Below are positions 58,726-64,000 of a stretch of 64,000 bases of DNA, piece by piece. The stretch covers positions 3,136,001-3,200,000 of the forward strand of contig CAXXJJ010000004.1 of the NCBI GenBank assembly GCA_963667015.2, in the 5' to 3' direction. The notes under the pieces were generated by a model that did not search any database, was not told the DNA's origin, and was given only the letters and a program-made list of their open reading frames with translations. Each line of letters opens with the position of its first letter. Position 1 is the first letter of the stretch. A program made the position numbers and the translations under genes. Origin of the DNA: Desulfatiglandales bacterium. GTDB taxonomy: Bacteria; Desulfobacterota; DSM-4660; Desulfatiglandales; HGW-15.

Positions 58726-61700
58726 CTAGATAAAATCAAATTCCGCTATTACACCCTTTGCCTCCGAAAGTGCGTTGAAATGATCCGTCCTTTTGATCCT
58801 TGCCTTGAGCCTTGAATCGGACATCAGGCTGAACCTGGGCCTTTTTTTCTCAACAAACTTTACAACATTTCGAGGATCAATATCAGCCCCTGAAAAAAAT
58901 GTGAACATAAGGGCATCTTCCTTTACATCAAGGCGGATTATTCTCTTCTTTTTCATCATGAGCCTTACTTCCATGACCTTAATCAGGTTTGATACAGCCA
59001 CCGGCGGAGAGCCGAACCTGTCCCTGATTTCATCAATCATCCTGTTCAGGTCATCATCCTCCTTAAGGCTTGAAAGTCTCCTGTAGATGTTAAGCCTTAC
59101 ATCAATATCAGATACATACTCCTCGGGAAGATAGGCTGATAGATCCACATTGATTTCGGGATTGATATCTGCCTGATGCTCCTCGCCCTTGAGCTCGGCT
59201 ATGGCCTCTTCGGTGAGCTTCAGGTACAGCTCATACCCTATGGAGGCAATATGGCCGGACTGGCTGAAGCCCAGTATATTTCCGCCGCCGCGTATCTTGA
59301 GGTCATGCATTGCAAGGTGGATACCCGCACCAAGCTCTGAAAAATCCATAAGGGCCTTGAGCCTCTTTTCCGCCTCCCTTGTCATGTTGGCATTTTTGGA
59401 CAGGAGCAGATAGGCATATGCGTTTTCAGAAGACCTGCCCACGCGACCCCGCAGCTGATAAATCTGAGAGAGCCCGAAACGCTCCACCTGGTTGATTATT
59501 ATTGTGTTGGCTGAAGGGATATCCAGGCCGGATTCAATAATGGTAGTGCAGACAAGCACATCTATCTCTTTTTTCAAAAAGCGCATCATGGTCTTTTCAA
59601 GATCCGGCCCCTTCATCTGTCCGTGCCCTATGTCAATTTTTGCACCTGGTACAATCTTTTTTATTTTGGCTGCAATATTTTCAATAGACTGGACCCGGTT
59701 GTGCACAAAAAATACCTGGCCTCCCCTCTCTATCTCGTTTTCTATTGCATGCTTTATTGTTGCCTCGTCATAGTGAGACAGATTAGTCTGGATTGCCAGC
59801 CTGTCTTCCGGGGGTGTCTCTATTATGCTCAGATCCCTCACACCCATAAGAGAAAGGTGAAGGGTCCTAGGGATTGGAGTAGCGGTGAGAGCAAGCACAT
59901 CAACAATGGCCCTGAACTCCTTGAGCCGCTCCTTTTGTTTGACGCCGAACCTCTGCTCTTCATCTATTATAAGAATGCCTAGATCCTTGAATCCCATATC
60001 CTTTGATAGTATCCGGTGGGTACCGATAAGGATATTGACCTGACCGGATCGGACTCTGGCCACGGTCTCGTTCTGCTCCTTTTTGCTCTTGAACCGGCTT
60101 AAGACATCCACCTCTATATTAAATGGCTTCATCCTCGCCTTAAACGTCTCATAATGCTGCTCGGCCAGGACCGTGGTAGGCACAAGCAATGCTGCCTGCT
60201 TGCCGTCTGATACCGCCTTGAATGCAGCCCTCACAGCCACTTCGGTCTTTCCGAAACCAACATCACCGCATATCAGCCTGTCCATGGGCCTTTCGGATTC
60301 CATGTCCGAGAGCACATCATCTATTGCCTTTAACTGATCTGAGGTTTCTTCATATTCAAATGTTGCCTCAAACTCCCTGAAATAGTTATCAGGTCTTGAA
60401 AAGGAAAATCCCTCCCTGTACTTTCTGATTGCATATATCTCAACAAGCTGCCGGGCGATCTCCATTATGGCCTTTTTGGCCTTCTGCTTGATCACCTTCC
60501 AGGCCTTGCCTCCTAGCTGATCAAGCCTTGGATTCTTGTCATCAGCCCCAACATATTTCTGCATTATACTGATGCGATCAGCAGGTATATAGAGCCGGTC
60601 ATTACCGGCATATTCGATGAGCACAAAATCATTAATCTTGTTCTGTATCTCCATCCTGATAAGACCGCCATACATGCCGATACCATGATCCTCGTGCACA
60701 ACCAGGTCACCCACTGCAAGCTGGCTGAAGGATGTCCAGTCAATGCCGGTATCCTCGGTCTTTTTCTTTGCCCTTGATCGCTTTGGTCCGAAGATCTCAT
60801 CTTCGCTAATCACATAAAGGCCGATATCCTCCCAGGCAAATCCCCTTGATAACCTGCCGAGACAGATATGAACTTTCTTTCTAAGCGAAGCAGCATAAAA
60901 ACTATCTACTGTTTCATCAACCGGGACCTCGTAATTGTTAAGGATCTCCTCAAGTCTTGCTGCCTGCTGTTCGGTCCTGCATACAAGAACAGTTCTCGCT
61001 CCCTGGTTTATCCATGATGATATTTTGTCCGCAAGCGGGGCCATTGAAACACGGCCCTTCCCTGCAAGTCTCAGATCAAAGTCAAAATCAACATCCCCTG
61101 CTCCCCTGACCTCTATGGATACAGACTCCTGCCCGGGCGCAGCTATGGCAAGATTATTAAACCTGATCTGCTGGTACTTGTTCAGGTCCGATTCCATCTC
61201 TTCATCGGTTAACTGCACCCCTTCTGTATCAGGAAAGATTGCCCCCCTGTTTTCCGCCTCCTCCCTGTACCTTTCCAGATCCTTCTCAAATTTATAGTGA
61301 AATTTTTCTACCTCGGGTTCAATCCTGTCACTGTCCATAAGAAGAACAATGCCGGATGAAGGGAAATAGTTAAAAAGGCTGTCCAGCACTGGATAGAAAT
61401 GATTCAGCCATGCCTCCTGGCCGGGGAAGCTGCTGCCCTCTACAGACTGCTCGGGCAGCCTTCCCATGGACCTTGCCCTCTTCATGGCATCATCATCCAT
61501 GATAATTTCACTGGAGGGTAAAAGGATCATATCCTTAAGATGATCTGTAGACCTCTGGGAAAGGGGTGTGAAGTGACGGATGGATTCAAGCCTGTCACCC
61601 CAGAATTCAAGGCGGACAGGTAAATCATACAGGGGAGGAAAGATGTCTATAACGCCGCCCCGCACGGAATAGTCCCCTGGTTCCTCCACAAGGGATGTCC

Positions 61701-62199
61701 TCAGATATCCTCCGGCTTCAAGTTTTTTTATGAGATCTTCCCGTGAAAAATCCTCTCCTGCCTCAAGGTATTCAAGTGCCCTGACCAGTGCATTCTTTGG
61801 CACAACCTTAAGAAGCAGTGCCTCCAGCGAGGTAACGACCACAGGGTTTTTGCAGGATGTAAGTGCATAAAGGGCCTGAAGTCTGCGATTGACAATATTC
61901 CTGTGGGGGCTAAGTCCTGTGAGGGGTGAGATGTCATATGCGGGAAAATCAAAAAGTTTTTTTTCGGACTGGCCTCCTGATACAAATTTATCTGGAAGGA
62001 AAAACTCCAGTTCCTTCATAAATCTTACAGCATCCTTTGCCTTTGGCAGTATAATCAGAATTGGTTTTTCCTGTTCAAGAAGCAATCCTGCGACAAAATA
62101 CGATCTCGCTGCATTGTCAATTCCGGCTATGGAGATTTTCTTGTCTCCACGGGATATTAATTTACCCAGGTCGGTTATATATTGGTTGTTTGTAATCAT
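58726..62199 (-). CDS. mfd: Transcription-repair coupling factor
   Basis: RGGVIDIF, VVH..HGIG.Y, GDVGFGKTEVA, DEEQRFGV, TATPIPRT, QLRGRVGR. Confidence 0.98.
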   Translation of the reverse strand: MITNNQYITDLGKLISRGDKKISIAGIDNAARSYFVAGLLLEQEKPILIILPKAKDAVRFMKELEFFLPDKFVSGGQSEKKLFDFPAYDISPLTGLSPHRNIVNRRLQALYALTSCKNPVVVTSLEALLLKVVPKNALVRALEYLEAGEDFSREDLIKKLEAGGYLRTSLVEEPGDYSVRGGVIDIFPPLYDLPVRLEFWGDRLESIRHFTPLSQRSTDHLKDMILLPSSEIIMDDDAMKRARSMGRLPEQSVEGSSFPGQEAWLNHFYPVLDSLFNYFPSSGIVLLMDSDRIEPEVEKFHYKFEKDLERYREEAENRGAIFPDTEGVQLTDEEMESDLNKYQQIRFNNLAIAAPGQESVSIEVRGAGDVDFDFDLRLAGKGRVSMAPLADKISSWINQGARTVLVCRTEQQAARLEEILNNYEVPVDETVDSFYAASLRKKVHICLGRLSRGFAWEDIGLYVISEDEIFGPKRSRAKKKTEDTGIDWTSFSQLAVGDLVVHEDHGIGMYGGLIRMEIQNKINDFVLIEYAGNDRLYIPADRISIMQKYVGADDKNPRLDQLGGKAWKVIKQKAKKAIMEIARQLVEIYAIRKYREGFSFSRPDNYFREFEATFEYEETSDQLKAIDDVLSDMESERPMDRLICGDVGFGKTEVAVRAAFKAVSDGKQAALLVPTTVLAEQHYETFKARMKPFNIEVDVLSRFKSKKEQNETVARVRSGQVNILIGTHRILSKDMGFKDLGILIIDEEQRFGVKQKERLKEFRAIVDVLALTATPIPRTLHLSLMGVRDLSIIETPPEDRLAIQTNLSHYDEATIKHAIENEIERGGQVFFVHNRVQSIENIAAKIKKIVPGAKIDIGHGQMKGPDLEKTMMRFLKKEIDVLVCTTIIESGLDIPSANTIIINQVERFGLSQIYQLRGRVGRSSENAYAYLLLSKNANMTREAEKRLKALMDFSELGAGIHLAMHDLKIRGGGNILGFSQSGHIASIGYELYLKLTEEAIAELKGEEHQADINPEINVDLSAYLPEEYVSDIDVRLNIYRRLSSLKEDDDLNRMIDEIRDRFGSPPVAVSNLIKVMEVRLMMKKKRIIRLDVKEDALMFTFFSGADIDPRNVVKFVEKKRPRFSLMSDSRLKARIKRTDHFNALSEAKGVIAEFDFI

Positions 62200-63596
62200 A
62201 GATCGAGAAAAATCTTCCCCGGGTTTAATATTTCATTCGGGTCAAATAATTTTTTAATTTTTTTCATCAATATCAGGGCATTACCATGTTCCTGGGCCAT
62301 AAACCCTCGTTTTCCTATGCCCACTCCATGCTCGCCGGTGGCGGTACCGCCCAGGCTTATGGCCTTTGATACTATTTTTTCGTTTACTTTCTGGATACTC
62401 TGCCACTCCTCTTCATTGTTTTTCCTTCCTGCAAATTTTACATGGAGGTTGCCGTCTCCCGCGTGGCTGAATATATAGGCTTTGAGATTATTTTTTTCAA
62501 CCTCTTCCCGTGCCAATTCGATAATTTCAGGATATGCGGATATGGGAACAGCCGAATCTCCTGAAAGGAAGTCGCAATCGGGATGGTTCCTTGTTATCAT
62601 CTCACTTAGTTCATGCCTTGCACTGAAAAAACTGTCCCTCTCTTCCCTGCCTATACCAGTTAAAAAATTATTACATCCCTGCGCCATACAGAGTTCTTCT
62701 GTTGTCTCCAGGATATCGGCCAGATAACCCTTTGAAGGGCCATGATAATCTATAAAGAGTGTAGGTTCCGCCCTGAGACTCATACCCCGGTTAAGATTAA
62801 TAAGTTTAATGCACCCTGGGTCGAGCAGTTCAAGTGCGGCCGGATCGAGCCCTGATCTTACTATGTCAAACACTGCCTTTCCTGCGGCGCTTACAGATGG
62901 AAATGTCGCAATTACAGCGGAAAACTCGGCAGGAAGACCGGTTAATTTGAGGGTTGCGCGGGTGATGATTCCAAGTGTACCTTCAGAGCCTGTGATAAGG
63001 TTTATAAGATCATAGCCCGATGATGTCTTTGATGCCCTCGTACCGGTCCTTATTATTTCACCGTTTGCAAGGACAACCGACAGTCTGAGGATATTATCCC
63101 TGGTTGATCCATATTTAACTGTCCGCGTACCGCTGGAATTATTTGCAATCATACCCCCGATTGTTGCATCAGCCCCCGGATCAGGCGGGAAAAAAAGGCC
63201 CTTGTGCCTGAGCTTTTTATTGAGATTCTTATATATTACCCCAGGTTCAACGTCGGCCTGAAAATCCTCTTCCCTAACATCAATAATTCTGTTCATCATG
63301 GAAAAATCAAGAACAATCCCGCCCTGAACAGGTATTGGATTCCCCTCCAGGCTGCTTCCTGCTCCCCATCCTGTTACAGGAATTATATGTTCATTGGCAT
63401 ACTGTAAGATCCTGACTACCTCTGCCTCTTCTAAAGGCCATAGAACCGCCTCCGGAAGGACAGGTAAATGCCTGGACTGATCCCTTGAATGGAGGTTCAG
63501 GACAGATTCTCCGGTTGAAAACCTGTCCGGACCCGTATATCCCCTTAGAATTTCAATGTCTTTTTTGTTCAGGCATTTATATTTCAAAATCGTCAC
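62196..63596 (-). CDS. FAD-linked oxidase, GlcD/D-lactate dehydrogenase family
   Basis: GAGSSLEG, FPPDPG..ATIGG, GYDL..L..GSEGTLG, HAGDGNLH, GEHGVG, LNPGK. Confidence 0.93.
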   Translation of the reverse strand: MTILKYKCLNKKDIEILRGYTGPDRFSTGESVLNLHSRDQSRHLPVLPEAVLWPLEEAEVVRILQYANEHIIPVTGWGAGSSLEGNPIPVQGGIVLDFSMMNRIIDVREEDFQADVEPGVIYKNLNKKLRHKGLFFPPDPGADATIGGMIANNSSGTRTVKYGSTRDNILRLSVVLANGEIIRTGTRASKTSSGYDLINLITGSEGTLGIITRATLKLTGLPAEFSAVIATFPSVSAAGKAVFDIVRSGLDPAALELLDPGCIKLINLNRGMSLRAEPTLFIDYHGPSKGYLADILETTEELCMAQGCNNFLTGIGREERDSFFSARHELSEMITRNHPDCDFLSGDSAVPISAYPEIIELAREEVEKNNLKAYIFSHAGDGNLHVKFAGRKNNEEEWQSIQKVNEKIVSKAISLGGTATGEHGVGIGKRGFMAQEHGNALILMKKIKKLFDPNEILNPGKIFLDL

Positions 63597-63708
63597 CTTT
63601 AAGGTTGTTATTTAATGTGTATTATAGAAAGCATAAATAAAGAGTAAAGACAGAAATGTTTTCAGGTGATTTTTCAGGCAGTTAGCTTAAAACCGGTTTA
63701 AATATAAA

Positions 63709-63743
63709 TTAAAACAGGGCTATCAGAGATAACCCGGTTTTAA
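63709..63743. terminator. Hairpin, possible terminator
   Basis: TTAAAACAGGGCTATC / GATAACCCGGTTTTAA. Confidence 0.45.
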
Positions 63744-63818
63744 TAACAATATAAAAATTTTAACCAGATAACAGCAATGCCGGGGGCTAAATTGTTATTT
63801 CTATCAGGGAAGGTAATG

Positions 63819-63998
63819 TCAGTTCAATATGTATCCCAAAATGATGTCACTCAGAGGATCATCGTCTATATGTTCAAGCTGGTCATTAAAAATCATTTTC
63901 CCCTGATATTCACTTTTAAGCTCATATTCACCATCACTGGCAATATATAACAATATTTCGGAGCAGGCCGGACAGAGCGGACCGTGCTCATCATTTCC
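63819..63998 (-). CDS. 3' end of a hypothetical protein entering from beyond the window
   Basis: Open frame GNDEHGPLCPACSEILL...DIILGYILN* with a CxxC. Confidence 0.55.
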   Translation of the reverse strand, partial: GNDEHGPLCPACSEILLYIASDGEYELKSEYQGKMIFNDQLEHIDDDPLSDIILGYILN

Positions 63999-64000
63999 GT

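Noticed and set aside
1..64000. CRISPR arrays, rRNA, tRNA, transposases, integrases, prophage genes
   Set aside because: No regularly spaced repeats, RNA gene signatures or recombinase motifs recognised by eye; a covariance-model scan was not possible
1..64000. Many 60-270 aa ORFs antisense to or nested in assigned genes (e.g. 4854-5522, 22520-23221, 35483-36298, 56633-57403)
   Set aside because: Shadow ORFs with no motifs, overlapping well-supported genes
1..64000. Selenocysteine (in-frame TGA) in redox enzymes, or genome-wide stop reassignment
   Set aside because: Redox genes appear full-length with Cys motifs, and TAG/TGA end conserved genes at expected positions

Overview
This is a 64-kb stretch of bacterial chromosome, most likely from an anaerobic Desulfobacterota (deltaproteobacterial) organism; the taxonomy is inferred from gene content (cytochrome c3-linked rnf operon, AOR, AprA-like flavoprotein, cobA-hemD fusion). 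Housekeeping genes (ftsY, purD, coaBC, udg, ispD, hemC, cobA/hemD, murI, nadA, mfd) are interleaved with accessory redox and catabolic genes. I saw no rRNA, tRNA, CRISPR array, transposase or integrase. The most unusual items are: (1) an Rnf operon whose RnfC and RnfD have lost canonical flavin/NADH motifs, while it carries a tetraheme cytochrome, an RnfB fused to a GltD/DPD-like flavoprotein, and a terminator-like hairpin before rnfB; (2) an AAA/DUF4143 ATPase-nuclease gene whose promoter is covered by a perfect 18-bp inverted repeat; (3) a headless GNAT frame that continues in frame past the TAG of the upstream gene; (4) an orphan xanthine-dehydrogenase-family subunit with His apparently at the catalytic Glu position; (5) an internally deleted TRAP operon; (6) a 52-aa gene missed by the ORF track. 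All family assignments come from motif recognition by eye, not from database searches.
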